DNA of 64,000 nucleotides, taken from NCBI GenBank assembly GCA_045644945.1, contig JAZRHU010000042.1, positions 44,314 to 108,313 on the forward strand, given 5' to 3'. Shown here piece after piece: positions 44,195 to 54,182 of this stretch. Within the stretch, counting starts at the first letter, position 1. Each line of letters starts with the position of its first letter. The DNA is from Candidatus Fimimonas sp. (GTDB lineage: Bacteria; Bacillota; Clostridia; Christensenellales; CAG-314). A model generated the notes under the pieces. That model did no database searches. It was not told the origin of the DNA and was given only the letters and a program-made list of their open reading frames with translations. A program made the position numbers and the translations under genes.

Positions 44195-45601
44195 TTACTG
44201 TTTTGGGGCAAAAAGCGCAAACTTTTTGTCGATGTAGTCTTGGCTACGTGCAATGTAAGTGATAACGTCCTTTGCGTTTGCCGAACGTTCGATTTTGTTT
44301 TGTCCAATGGTAATCTTTTTAGAAATTGCTCCACTACCGCATGCAAGGATATCTGTGATTTCTTCCATGATGCCAATGTTGTAGAGGCAAGGTTTACCCT
44401 TTTTGCAGAAGCCAACGTTTTCCAAATTTTCCATCACGTACTTTTGACGATACATGTAGTATGGAACGTACTCCGCATTGTACAGTGCTTGGTGGGCGTA
44501 TTCCACCATTGCTGCAACATCTTGTTCCGTTGCGGAGTAGTTTTGGCCCTTAAGAATACTACCATGTTTAAGAGCCAAAGTATGTACTGTGATGTTATCC
44601 GCACCCATAGCAATTGCACAATCCACAGAGTGACAAAACATGTCGTAAGTTTCGGTAGGAAGACCTGCAATCAAGTCCATGTTGACATCGAAGCCAAAAC
44701 TTTTTGCCATGTAGAACTTGTCGTAGATATCTTGCACCGAGTGTTTACGGCCAATTTCATCCAAAACACTTTGATTGAATGTTTGTGGATTGATGGAAAC
44801 ACGATGAACGCCATGCTTTACAAAGACGGCAAGCTTTTGAGCGTCAATTGTATCGGGGCGTCCCGCTTCTACTGTAAACTCAACTGGTTTGATTGTCACG
44901 CAAGATAGAACTCTGTCAAGTTGCTCGGCAGTCAAACTTGTTGGTGTACCACCGCCAAAGTAGACATTGTTGATTGTGATGTTATTTTGTTGAGCGAAAT
45001 GGATAGTTTGAGTGATTTCGTCACACAACTTTTCCACATAGGGCTCAACGTACTTTTGCAGTTTGGCAATTTCGCCACTGGTAAATGAGCAGTAACTGCA
45101 CCTAGATACACAAAATGGCACGCCAATGTACAAATCAGCAAAGTTTTGCTTGATGTTGCGCAGTTCTCCTTGGGTTGCAAGAATATCGGCAACAAGCTTG
45201 GTTTTACGTTCGGAAACGCCCAAAAGGTTGGTAAATGTGTTTTGCCAATCAAGACCTTCGCTCGCTAGTTGCATTGCAAGCTTTGTTGGGCGGATACCCG
45301 TAAGACTACCCCACGGAATATCCTTGTGTGTTACCTTTTGCAAAAGGTTAAAAATTGCAAGTTTTGCGTAGCGTTTGCGTAGGCGCATTGCTTGAAGCTC
45401 GTCCACACCACTTACATCCACTTGTTGCACTTCTACCTTGGCAAAGAACGTTGCAATGGTCGTGTAGGTATTACCATGACAGCCCTCTTGCACCACAATT
45501 TGTCCTTGAGCCTTTTCATCGCACAAAACTACGTCAGCAAAAAACAGCTTTGCTACATCGTGAATTTCTGTGGGATGGCAAAAGTTGGTGTACAACGTCA
45601 A
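44195..45601 (-). CDS. hemZ: Radical SAM coproporphyrinogen-dehydrogenase-like protein (HemZ/HemN family).
   Basis: The radical SAM cluster is GVPFCVSRCSYCSF, followed by GGGTPT. I favour the TTG start at 45601 because it overlaps the MBL stop (ATTGA). The ORF-track ATG at 45646 would give a 49-nt overlap. The start is uncertain. Confidence 0.8.
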   Translation of the reverse strand: MTLYTNFCHPTEIHDVAKLFFADVVLCDEKAQGQIVVQEGCHGNTYTTIATFFAKVEVQQVDVSGVDELQAMRLRKRYAKLAIFNLLQKVTHKDIPWGSLTGIRPTKLAMQLASEGLDWQNTFTNLLGVSERKTKLVADILATQGELRNIKQNFADLYIGVPFCVSRCSYCSFTSGEIAKLQKYVEPYVEKLCDEITQTIHFAQQNNITINNVYFGGGTPTSLTAEQLDRVLSCVTIKPVEFTVEAGRPDTIDAQKLAVFVKHGVHRVSINPQTFNQSVLDEIGRKHSVQDIYDKFYMAKSFGFDVNMDLIAGLPTETYDMFCHSVDCAIAMGADNITVHTLALKHGSILKGQNYSATEQDVAAMVEYAHQALYNAEYVPYYMYRQKYVMENLENVGFCKKGKPCLYNIGIMEEITDILACGSGAISKKITIGQNKIERSANAKDVITYIARSQDYIDKKFALFAPKQ

Positions 45602-46206
45602 TTTAGATATGGATTGTGTCGAAGTTCCGCTTGTAATGTCGTGCATTGTGAGTGTCCTGGATATATTTTGTAGTTAATTTGTAAATTTGCAATCTTTTGT
45701 AAAGAATTTTTTAGTTGGTTGATGTCGCCACCGGGAAAATCTGTGCGACCAACAGACATGTGGAACAAAGTATCGCCGGAAAACATCGCATCACCCAATA
45801 AGTACACAACCGAGCCAGGTGTATGTCCTGGTGTGTGCAGTACTTGCAGATGGAAGTCGCCAATTTTCAGTTCGCATTCCTCGACAAAATGCGTTGGATA
45901 GCAATTTTCGCAAGTGATCCTAAACCAGTTGTGCTGTGCTTCGGTGCAAAGCTCAGCATCAAACTTGTGAACATACACAGGTATGTCAACAAGATTACAG
46001 CCACGCTTTAGCTCCTCAACGCCACCACAATGGTCAAAATGGCCGTGTGTTAGCAATATCGCCACCACTTTCAAGTTGTTTGAATTGATGAACTCAATCA
46101 GCTTTTGACAACGATAGGCAACATCGATAATAATGCAATTGCCATCTTTTTCAACAAGATAGCAATTACTGTTTATTCGGCCTGTGGGAAATGTTAGAAT
46201 TTGCAT
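45598..46206 (-). CDS. MBL-fold metallo-hydrolase (glyoxalase II-like).
   Basis: 202 aa. The metal motif is LLTHGHFDHCGG, followed by HTPGHTPGS. Confidence 0.88.
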   Translation of the reverse strand: MQILTFPTGRINSNCYLVEKDGNCIIIDVAYRCQKLIEFINSNNLKVVAILLTHGHFDHCGGVEELKRGCNLVDIPVYVHKFDAELCTEAQHNWFRITCENCYPTHFVEECELKIGDFHLQVLHTPGHTPGSVVYLLGDAMFSGDTLFHMSVGRTDFPGGDINQLKNSLQKIANLQINYKIYPGHSQCTTLQAELRHNPYLN

Positions 46207-48392
46207 TATCCATGAGTGCGGTAAGCATTGATTACCGCAGAAAGTGACTTGAGCTTTTGAATAAGTTGGTTACATTGTTCGTGGTTGGAAATTTCCACAG
46301 TGATTTGTGCTACGGCATTGCCCTTGCGATCCTTGCGAGCATTGATTGCAACAAGAGGCAAACCTTCGTTAGCAATAACTTTGGTGATTTCCGCAAAGAT
46401 ATCCCCTTTGTTTTCCGCAATAATTTCCAAACTTACTGGGAATGACGCCTTGTTATCGGTATTTACCCACTCTGCGGGCGCCAAACGCTCTGGTTCCAAA
46501 GATTTGAGCGCTGGGCAGTCGGTACGGTGGATGCATACGCCACGACCACGAGAGATGTAGCCGACAATTTCATCTCCAGGAACGGGAGAACAGCACTTGG
46601 AAAAACGCACCAAGAGGTCTTCCATACCCTTGACAATAACAGCGTTTTCTTTCTTTGTTGGAGCGGATTTTCTAACGTTACTACGAGTTTTGATGCGGTC
46701 GCTAAGAGCCTTGTTGGAAGTGATGAGTTTGACCATCACTTGATTCAACGAAATACTACCATAGCCAACTGCTGCATACATTTCGTCAACAGAGTTGAAC
46801 ATGTATCTTTCGCATGTTGCTTGTAACGCTTCGTTTGTCAATAGTTCGCTTGGGGCAATGTTGCGATGTTTTGCATCACGCTCAATCATGGATTTACCCG
46901 TGCGAATGTACTCATCTTTAAGTTCGCGCTTGAAAAATTGACGAATTTTTGTCTTGGTAGACGCCATTACGGCAATCTTAAGCCAGTCGCGAGATGGGCC
47001 CTTTGCATTGGGGTTTGTCATTACTTCTACAGTATCACCAGTTTGCAACACTGTGTCAAGTTGAACAATCTTGTTGTTGATCTTGATACCTACACAGTGG
47101 TTACCAACTTCGCTGTGTACACTGTACGCAAAGTCAAGTGCAGTTGCACCTGCTTGCAAAATTTTAACGTCACCATTTGGAGTGAAAAGGTACACTTCGT
47201 TAGTATTGGAAATATCCTTGCGGATAACTTCCAAAAAGGCCTTGCCATCGCGCAATTCGTTATCATAAGACAAAACCTGTTTTACCCAAGCAAGATTTTC
47301 GTCCATTCCTGTTGCACCGGTCAAACCTTCTTTATATTTCCAGTGTGCAGCAATACCGTATTCGGCAATTTTGTGCATTTGGTGTGTTCTAATTTGCACT
47401 TCAATTGGGTAACGATGACCTTGGTAATCAATAAACACTGTTGTATGCAAAGATTGGTACATGTTTGGCTTTGGTACAGCAATGTAGTCCTTAAAACGAC
47501 CTGGCATTGGCTTCCACTTGGCATGGATAGCACCCAAAACGGCATAACAATCTTTGATGGAATCAACAATAACGCGTACGGCTGTAAGGTCGTAAACTTG
47601 GTCGAGAGTTTTGTTCTGCTTCTTCATCTTTTTGTAGATGGAATACAAGTGCTTAACTCTGCCGTAGATATCGAAGTCTGTGATGCCTACACTACTCAAT
47701 TCGGCGCTAACATCATCAATAAACCCATCAACAATAGCATCACGTTCCGTCTTTTTGAGAGCAATACCTTCGGAAATAGACTTGTACGCTTCGAAATCGA
47801 GATGTTTCAAGCACAAGTCTTCTAGTTCACTCTTGATTGGAGAAATACCCAAACGACCTGCAATAGGCGCAAAAATATCCAACGTTTCTTTGGCAATTAC
47901 TTGTTGCTTTTGAGGGGAAAGATACGTCAAACTGCGCATATTGTGCAATCTGTCGGCAAGTTTGATGAGCATAACACGAATGTCCTTTGCCATAGCAAAG
48001 AACATTTTGCGCATGTTTTCCGCCTGCTCTTCTACCTTGTTATGGAATTGAATTTTGTCCAATTTTGTTACGCCAGCAACAAGATAGGCAATTTCGTCGC
48101 CAAATTGTTTACGAAGATCGTTGTCGCTAACATAGGTATCCTCTACTGTGTCGTGCAACAACGCAGCACAAATTGTGGGCACGTCAAGTCCCATATCAAT
48201 AAGTAGCTCCGCAACAATAACCGGGTGAGTAATATATGGACGGCCACTAGCACGAAATTGGCCCGTGTGGGCCTTTTCAGCAAGATCGTAGGCCTTTAGT
48301 ATCAAATTGACGTCAGCAGGATGATAAAAGTGCTTTACCTTGTTCAAAAAGTTTTGAATAGTTACTGACGTTTCTTGTTTTTCTGTGTACAT
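46206..48392 (-). CDS. relA: Bifunctional (p)ppGpp synthetase/hydrolase RelA/SpoT (Rel).
   Basis: HD hydrolase domain (HPVIVAELL, LLHDTVEDT), synthetase domain (YQSLHTTV, EVQIRTHQMH), then TGS and ACT regions. Start at ATG 48392 behind an AAGGAA SD; the track uses TTG 48410. Confidence 0.95.
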   Translation of the reverse strand: MYTEKQETSVTIQNFLNKVKHFYHPADVNLILKAYDLAEKAHTGQFRASGRPYITHPVIVAELLIDMGLDVPTICAALLHDTVEDTYVSDNDLRKQFGDEIAYLVAGVTKLDKIQFHNKVEEQAENMRKMFFAMAKDIRVMLIKLADRLHNMRSLTYLSPQKQQVIAKETLDIFAPIAGRLGISPIKSELEDLCLKHLDFEAYKSISEGIALKKTERDAIVDGFIDDVSAELSSVGITDFDIYGRVKHLYSIYKKMKKQNKTLDQVYDLTAVRVIVDSIKDCYAVLGAIHAKWKPMPGRFKDYIAVPKPNMYQSLHTTVFIDYQGHRYPIEVQIRTHQMHKIAEYGIAAHWKYKEGLTGATGMDENLAWVKQVLSYDNELRDGKAFLEVIRKDISNTNEVYLFTPNGDVKILQAGATALDFAYSVHSEVGNHCVGIKINNKIVQLDTVLQTGDTVEVMTNPNAKGPSRDWLKIAVMASTKTKIRQFFKRELKDEYIRTGKSMIERDAKHRNIAPSELLTNEALQATCERYMFNSVDEMYAAVGYGSISLNQVMVKLITSNKALSDRIKTRSNVRKSAPTKKENAVIVKGMEDLLVRFSKCCSPVPGDEIVGYISRGRGVCIHRTDCPALKSLEPERLAPAEWVNTDNKASFPVSLEIIAENKGDIFAEITKVIANEGLPLVAINARKDRKGNAVAQITVEISNHEQCNQLIQKLKSLSAVINAYRTHG

Positions 48393-48399
48393 AATTTCC

Positions 48400-50646
48400 T
48401 TAAATGGCAAATTTTTTGTATATTTGTGAGTTATCCAATGGCGCTTTTATACTACCATCAAACTCGACAGTATATTTGTCGATAATCTTGATAAAACCAA
48501 GTTCTTCGAACACTCTAAGTGCTACAACAAATTGTTCGTAGCTAATTTTGCCCAACAAATGTTTGTCGTAGACACCTTTGATGCTGTCAAATTTTGTTTT
48601 ACGTTTTAGTGCCGAAAATGCTTGTGTGCAAACATTTCTATCAAGTTGCAATTGATACAGGCCATCGTTGGCACAATCAACTTGGTAGTAAAGTACATTT
48701 GAAGCGAGATCTCTTGGTAGACCTTTTGTAGAAAAGCTAACAACAGTTGTAAATGCAGACAAATCACACAAATCAAGTGGAGAAATAACCACAGTTTTGT
48801 TGCTTTTGCTATCTGCAAAGAAAATATCCAATGTGAACTCACTAAAGTCGAACAAACTAGAGTAGTTTACAAATGTTTCGTGGTCATCGAAAACTGCCAA
48901 TACTTTGTCTTGGCAAAGTGCAGTTTTAATTTGGGAAGCATCTGCATACACGACTGGTTGTGCTGTAAAATTCTTTAGCAAATTCAAACGATAAAAGTCG
49001 TCAAAACACAAAGAATTGCAAAGGGTCATGTCTTCTACAATACCGCAAATTTCTTTGGTGTAGCTATCAATTTCCAAAGTGCACAGTACATCTACCAAAG
49101 CACCATTTTTGATAAATGGAGCATATTCGGCAAACTTGAAGAAACTTTTTAGTCCTAATCCGCTTTTTAGCGTTGCGGACATATGCGCACTATCCTTGCC
49201 AAAGTTGTTAGCAAACGTAACAGTATCCCTAACGCGACAAACAATTTTGTCTTGTGGCAAAAGTGGTTGCAATCTTTCGGTAATTTGCATCACTTGGGAT
49301 ACGTTTACACCGCCGGTAAGTTCAATATCGTAGAGATATGTTTTTTCGAAATGACTTTGTGGAAGTTGCGAGAACACATTTGACAAAGCTTGCTTCAAGG
49401 CAAGTAAATTATCCTTGTGAACACTAAATCCAACGGATGCCTTGTGTCCACCAAACTTGACAAGCAAGTCCTTGCATTGACAGAAGGAATCAAACAAATG
49501 GATATTATCCACACTACGCGCTGAGCCAACATAGTTATCGCCATCCAATGTCATCACTACCGCAGGAACATTGTAACGCTCTTTGTAGCGTGCAGCGGCA
49601 ATGCCCAAAAGACCGTGTTGCCACTTGTCACTATACAAAAACACCAACTTGTCCTTTGAGATTTGCTCGGCATCGCACATCTGGTCGGCATCTTGGATAA
49701 TTTCGTCCAAAATTTGTTTACGTTTTTCATTTAGAGCAAGCAACGATTCGGCAACAGTTTTGTCCACTCTGTCACGTGCAAGCAATAGTTTTAGAGCAAT
49801 CTCCGGAGATCCTACACGGCCTGCAGCGTTGATTTTGGGTGCGATACGCATTGCAATATCATTACAAGTAAGCGTACTGCCACACTTGGATAACTCAGCA
49901 AGATACTTCAAACTCTTGTGTTGAAAGTGTGTCAAACCCGCCTTTACGATGGAGCGGTTTTCATCAGTTAGTGGCATCAAGTCGGCAATTGTGCCAATAA
50001 ATGCAATATCAACATACTTTAGCGCCACTTCGCGACCAACAAGTGCTTCCACAAGTTTCCAAGCTACTCCCGAGCCGGAAAGGTTAGGGAATGGGTAGCC
50101 CATCTTTGGATTGACGCACAGGCAATCAGGCAAAACGTCTGGTAACTCGTGGTGGTCGGTAACAATTACCTCAACACCAAGTTCATCAATAATTTTAGCA
50201 ACGTCTTCGCAATTAGAAATACCACAGTCAACTGTGATAACCAAGTCGTAGAACTTGTTTTGGAATGCCTCAATCACCTTTTCGGCATGCAAACCGTAGC
50301 CCTCGTCGCGTGTTGGTATGATAACATCGTTATCAACACCATTATCGGTAAAAAACAAGGACAAAACTGCACTTGCAGTTAGACCATCGGCATCGTAGTC
50401 GCCACAAATCAACACACTACCGCCCTCTTCCAAGATGTAGGAAATGGTTTCGACAGCTTCCGACATATTGGGCATGTCAAAAGGCGAGTGAAATGTGAGT
50501 TCATCTTTGAAGAACTCGTCAAAATTTTCACTCGTGACACCGCGCGCATTGAGCATCTCTGCAAGGGGCAAGGAAATTCCCTTTTGCACAAAGAAGTCAA
50601 CCGATTGCTGATCGATATATGGACGTTGTGTGTACTTTTGTTTCAT
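48400..50646 (-). CDS. recJ: Single-stranded-DNA-specific exonuclease RecJ (long form).
   Basis: 748 aa. DHH motifs are CGDYDADGLTASA, TVDCG and VTDHH. The DHHA1 motif is GGHKASVGFS. Confidence 0.9.
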   Translation of the reverse strand: MKQKYTQRPYIDQQSVDFFVQKGISLPLAEMLNARGVTSENFDEFFKDELTFHSPFDMPNMSEAVETISYILEEGGSVLICGDYDADGLTASAVLSLFFTDNGVDNDVIIPTRDEGYGLHAEKVIEAFQNKFYDLVITVDCGISNCEDVAKIIDELGVEVIVTDHHELPDVLPDCLCVNPKMGYPFPNLSGSGVAWKLVEALVGREVALKYVDIAFIGTIADLMPLTDENRSIVKAGLTHFQHKSLKYLAELSKCGSTLTCNDIAMRIAPKINAAGRVGSPEIALKLLLARDRVDKTVAESLLALNEKRKQILDEIIQDADQMCDAEQISKDKLVFLYSDKWQHGLLGIAAARYKERYNVPAVVMTLDGDNYVGSARSVDNIHLFDSFCQCKDLLVKFGGHKASVGFSVHKDNLLALKQALSNVFSQLPQSHFEKTYLYDIELTGGVNVSQVMQITERLQPLLPQDKIVCRVRDTVTFANNFGKDSAHMSATLKSGLGLKSFFKFAEYAPFIKNGALVDVLCTLEIDSYTKEICGIVEDMTLCNSLCFDDFYRLNLLKNFTAQPVVYADASQIKTALCQDKVLAVFDDHETFVNYSSLFDFSEFTLDIFFADSKSNKTVVISPLDLCDLSAFTTVVSFSTKGLPRDLASNVLYYQVDCANDGLYQLQLDRNVCTQAFSALKRKTKFDSIKGVYDKHLLGKISYEQFVVALRVFEELGFIKIIDKYTVEFDGSIKAPLDNSQIYKKFAI

Positions 50647-50710
50647 AGTCTATAAAATAGCATAACAGCCCTCTAATAGGATTAGAAGGCTGTTAAATGG
50701 ATATTATTTG

Positions 50711-51937
50711 TTATTTTCTCTTAGCGTATGAGCCTTCGATAAAAGGTTCAACAATGCTTGCAAACAATCTGTTAAGACCCATTGTACCAACAAAGGAAAG
50801 GATTGCCAAGTAAACAAGAGCGTTACCAAGAGGAGCTGTTACCGCTGTAGGAATTACCCACAAGATGATACCAACTACCAAAGCAATACCATGAACGATC
50901 AAGTTGCGTTTGTTGGAGTTTGCAAATCCCTTGTATTTAGCACTAGCAAATGTGCTGCCTTCGTAACCATTGATGTTGTCGAATGCGTAGATTGTGAAGT
51001 ATGTTTGCAAAGCAAAACCTACAAGCAAACCAACGATTGCAAATACGTTGAGAATTTCCAAGTGAATGAGACCTGCAACGATTGTAGCAATAACAAGTGT
51101 GAACAATTGAGAAAGAACAGCAGCCCAACCCAATGTCTTGTAACGAAGAACGTAGAACACACAAAGAGCTACAACTACAAGAGCAAGACCAATTGCAAGG
51201 AACAAACCGCCAAGGGATTGTTGTGTTTCGCTATCAGCAAGTTTGAGTTCTGCACCCAAGTTACCAACATTAACGAAAGAAGCAAGTTCTTTTGCATCAA
51301 TCATAGAGTAGGAGTAGAGATAAAGTGTGCTATCGTTAAAGCGTTGAACAGCGCCAGTCAAAGTAACTGTGCCATCAACTGCGTATGTGCCGTTAGTGTA
51401 TGCAAGAGCCTTTGCAGCTTTAACACCTTCGGAGTTCAAGTTAACGATTGTAACAAAGTATTCGTATTCGCCACTAACAAGCTTGCGTGTTGTTGCATTT
51501 TCGAAGTGATGAGCACCCATGATAACACTATCCTTAGAGTAGGTGGATTCGCTCAAGATTTCCAAAACGCCATCAACAGCCACAGCTTCCATAATTTGGT
51601 CAGCTGTAAAACCACTACCCTTTGCAATTTCAGGAATTGTAACGGACAATGAGTTTTCGTTAACAGAAATTTTTGCGCCGTAAAGACCGTAGATAGAACC
51701 AAGTCTTTGGCTGAGTACCTTTTTAACTTGTGCACTTGTTACGTCTTGATCCAATTCAACTGTGTAAGTTGTTTTTACGGAATCAGAGAACCAAGTACCC
51801 TTTTGTATGAGCGTTGCAGGGGAGTAGAACTCGCCATAAGCGCCGTATTCAAACTCAGGAATGAATGTGAACACGCCTACAAACGCCAAAACCGCAATAA
51901 AAATGATAAGCATTACGGTTGCAGTTGTTTTTGTCAT
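50711..51937 (-). CDS. Divergent SecD/SecF-like protein-export membrane protein.
   Basis: Start at ATG 51937 behind an AAGGAGG SD. It has an N-terminal TM helix, a ~230-aa periplasmic-type domain and a C-terminal 5-TM bundle. The bundle spacing resembles SecD/SecF (RYKTLGWAAVLSQLFTL, AIVGLLVGFALQT, GFANSNKRNLIVHGIALV). It occupies the usual secDF slot upstream of recJ. Confidence 0.45.
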   Translation of the reverse strand: MTKTTATVMLIIFIAVLAFVGVFTFIPEFEYGAYGEFYSPATLIQKGTWFSDSVKTTYTVELDQDVTSAQVKKVLSQRLGSIYGLYGAKISVNENSLSVTIPEIAKGSGFTADQIMEAVAVDGVLEILSESTYSKDSVIMGAHHFENATTRKLVSGEYEYFVTIVNLNSEGVKAAKALAYTNGTYAVDGTVTLTGAVQRFNDSTLYLYSYSMIDAKELASFVNVGNLGAELKLADSETQQSLGGLFLAIGLALVVVALCVFYVLRYKTLGWAAVLSQLFTLVIATIVAGLIHLEILNVFAIVGLLVGFALQTYFTIYAFDNINGYEGSTFASAKYKGFANSNKRNLIVHGIALVVGIILWVIPTAVTAPLGNALVYLAILSFVGTMGLNRLFASIVEPFIEGSYAKRK

Positions 51938-52048
51938 AAGTAGCCTCCTTGACTTAATGAACATAACTATTAAATTATAATATCTTATAACAAAATAGTC
52001 AAATAAATTGAATATTAAATTACAGTGTGACGAGCAATAAAAGTAAAA

Positions 52049-52789
52049 TTACTCTTCGTCTTCGTCTGGAAGTTGAACGTTGTGGTAAACGTTTTGAACG
52101 TCATCGTTATCTTCCAACATGTCCAACATCTTTTGGAAACGAACAAGGTTTTCGCCTTCCAATGTTACCATGTTTTGTGGGAACCAAGTCATTTCTGCAG
52201 AAACAAGGTTAAGACCTTTTTCCACTACTGTGTCACGAACAATGGACAAACTTGTTGTTTCGCAAGTGAATTCCAACATTCCGTCTTCCAAAACTACGTC
52301 GTCAGCACCGGCTTCGATTGCAACTTCAAATGCTTGATCGTCATCGAGATTAGCTGTATTTTCGGCAACAACAACGCCTTTGTGATCGAACATAAATGCT
52401 ACGCTGTTTGTTTGACCGAGGTTACCACCATATTTAACAAAAGCACTTCTAACGTCGCCAGCTGTGCGGTTTTTGTTATCTGTGAGGCACTCAACAATTA
52501 CAGAACTTCCGCCGATACCGTATCCTTCGTAAACAATTGTTACGTAGTCTACTGTGGAAAGTTCGCCACTTGCCTTTTTGATACTGCGAGTGATATTGTC
52601 GTTAGGCATGTTATTTGCCTTTGCCTTTTGGATAACATCGTACAACTTGCTGTTAGTGCTGGGGTCAGCTCCGCCAGCTTTTACCGCTACGGCAATTTCA
52701 CGACCAATTTTTGTAAAAATGCGTGAACGAGCTGCGTCGCCCTTAGCTTTTTTGTTTTTGATATTATTCCATTTGCTATGACCGGACAT
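52049..52789 (-). CDS. YebC/PmpR family DNA-binding transcriptional regulator.
   Basis: 246 aa. MSGHSKWNNIKNKKAKGDAARSRIFTKIGREI is the family signature. Confidence 0.93.
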   Translation of the reverse strand: MSGHSKWNNIKNKKAKGDAARSRIFTKIGREIAVAVKAGGADPSTNSKLYDVIQKAKANNMPNDNITRSIKKASGELSTVDYVTIVYEGYGIGGSSVIVECLTDNKNRTAGDVRSAFVKYGGNLGQTNSVAFMFDHKGVVVAENTANLDDDQAFEVAIEAGADDVVLEDGMLEFTCETTSLSIVRDTVVEKGLNLVSAEMTWFPQNMVTLEGENLVRFQKMLDMLEDNDDVQNVYHNVQLPDEDEE

Positions 52790-52798
52790 AAATTACCT

Positions 52799-53536
52799 CT
52801 ATTTTGTATTTGCGTAAATTTGATACATAATAACACTACCTGCAACAGCCACGTTTAGCGACTCGAAACTGTTTGCCATAGGCAAGCTGATTGTCTCGTG
52901 AGCATTTTGACGCGAGTAGCTGGACAAGCCATTGCCTTCGTTGCCCAAAACAAGCGCAACATTGCCGGAGAAACTGCAATCAAAAATGTTTTTTCCACCC
53001 ATATCACAGGCAAGAATGGCATTTTTCGATGCAACTTCAAAAACCTTTGCAATATCGTCTGTTTGATGCAAATTCAAGCAAAAATGTGCTGACATTGCAC
53101 TACGCACCACCTTGGGGGAGTAGACATCGGCGCAGTTTACTGCATAGATATCGGTAAAGCCACAAGCAACTGCTGTACGAATAAGTGTACCAATGTTGCC
53201 TGGATCTTGCAAATTGTCCAAAATTAGACAATTACCCTTTGGTGCCGAAAGCTCAGTTTGAGGAATCTTGGCAACCGCCAAAACACCTTGGCTATTTACA
53301 GTTGTGGACATCTTTGCAAAAACTCTGTCGCTAACAATTGTTGCATCGGCAAAATCCAACTTAACTTTTGCACTTTCTGCAACAAAGATGCTTTGAACTT
53401 GTGCACCGTGAAGGATGGCGTCACGCACAAGGCGTTCACCTTCGATCACATAGGATTGACTTAGCTTGCGATACTTTTTGTCGGCAAGCTTTGCCACTTC
53501 CTGCACTTTTGCATTGTCCATCGATGTTATGACCAT
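52799..53536 (-). CDS. TrmH/SpoU family RNA 2'-O-methyltransferase (YsgA/RlmB-like).
   Basis: 245 aa. SpoU motifs are LDNLQDPGNIGTLIRTA, LVLGNEGNGLS and IPMANSFESLNVAVAGSV. It lies downstream of rplT, as Bacillus ysgA does. Confidence 0.85.
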   Translation of the reverse strand: MVITSMDNAKVQEVAKLADKKYRKLSQSYVIEGERLVRDAILHGAQVQSIFVAESAKVKLDFADATIVSDRVFAKMSTTVNSQGVLAVAKIPQTELSAPKGNCLILDNLQDPGNIGTLIRTAVACGFTDIYAVNCADVYSPKVVRSAMSAHFCLNLHQTDDIAKVFEVASKNAILACDMGGKNIFDCSFSGNVALVLGNEGNGLSSYSRQNAHETISLPMANSFESLNVAVAGSVIMYQIYANTK

Positions 53537-53554
53537 GATTTACTAAATAACAAC

Positions 53555-53582
53555 AAAGGGCTTTTGTAGGAAAAGCCCCTAA
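53555..53582 (-). terminator. Intrinsic terminator after rplT.
   Basis: Stem AAAGGGCTTTT (53556-53566) / AAAAGCCCCT (53571-53580), followed by a weak T-tract on the minus strand. Confidence 0.5.
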
Positions 53583-53590
53583 AGTTGCAA

Positions 53591-53944
53591 TTATTTCAAG
53601 TTTGCTTTTGCAGTTTCAGCAAGAGCTGCAAATGTAGCTGCATCGCTTACTGCGATTTCAGCAAGAGATTTACGGTTGAGTTCGATACCAGCAACCTTCA
53701 AACCGTGCATAAGTTTGGAGTAGGAAAGACCATTTGCGCGTGCTGCAGCGTTGATACGAGCAATCCAAAGGCTGCGCATATCACGTTTGCGAAGACGACG
53801 ACCAACATATGCATAGTTACCACTCTTCATAACCGCTTGACGAGCAATACGGTAGTTAGTGGATTTAAGACCAAAGTAACCTTTGGCAGCTTTCAAAATC
53901 TTTCTACGTTTTTTAACGGCTGTAACGCCTCTCTTAATTCTCAT
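53591..53944 (-). CDS. rplT: 50S ribosomal protein bL20.
   Basis: 117 aa. [25 protein letters not shown] is the L20 signature. Confidence 0.97.
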   Translation of the reverse strand: MRIKRGVTAVKKRRKILKAAKGYFGLKSTNYRIARQAVMKSGNYAYVGRRLRKRDMRSLWIARINAAARANGLSYSKLMHGLKVAGIELNRKSLAEIAVSDAATFAALAETAKANLK

Positions 53945-53959
53945 TATCTAGCCCTCCTC

Positions 53960-54154
53960 TTAGTATGGCAACATGCTCTTAACAGTTGCTGCTTTTGTAT
54001 CGTGAACGTAAGCTGTACTGCGAAGATTGCGTGTTCTCTTTGTTGTCTTTTTGCCAAGTTTGTGGTTCTTGTTGCATTGTGCGCGCTTAACTTTGCCGGA
54101 TTTCAAAACGACAAATCTTTTCTTAGATGCGCTATGTGATTTTTGTTTAGGCAT
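53960..54154 (-). CDS. rpmI: 50S ribosomal protein bL35.
   Basis: 64 aa. MPKQKSHSASKKRF is the L35 signature. Confidence 0.95.
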   Translation of the reverse strand: MPKQKSHSASKKRFVVLKSGKVKRAQCNKNHKLGKKTTKRTRNLRSTAYVHDTKAATVKSMLPY

Positions 54155-54182
54155 GTGTTTACCCTCCTATAGTGTACAATGA

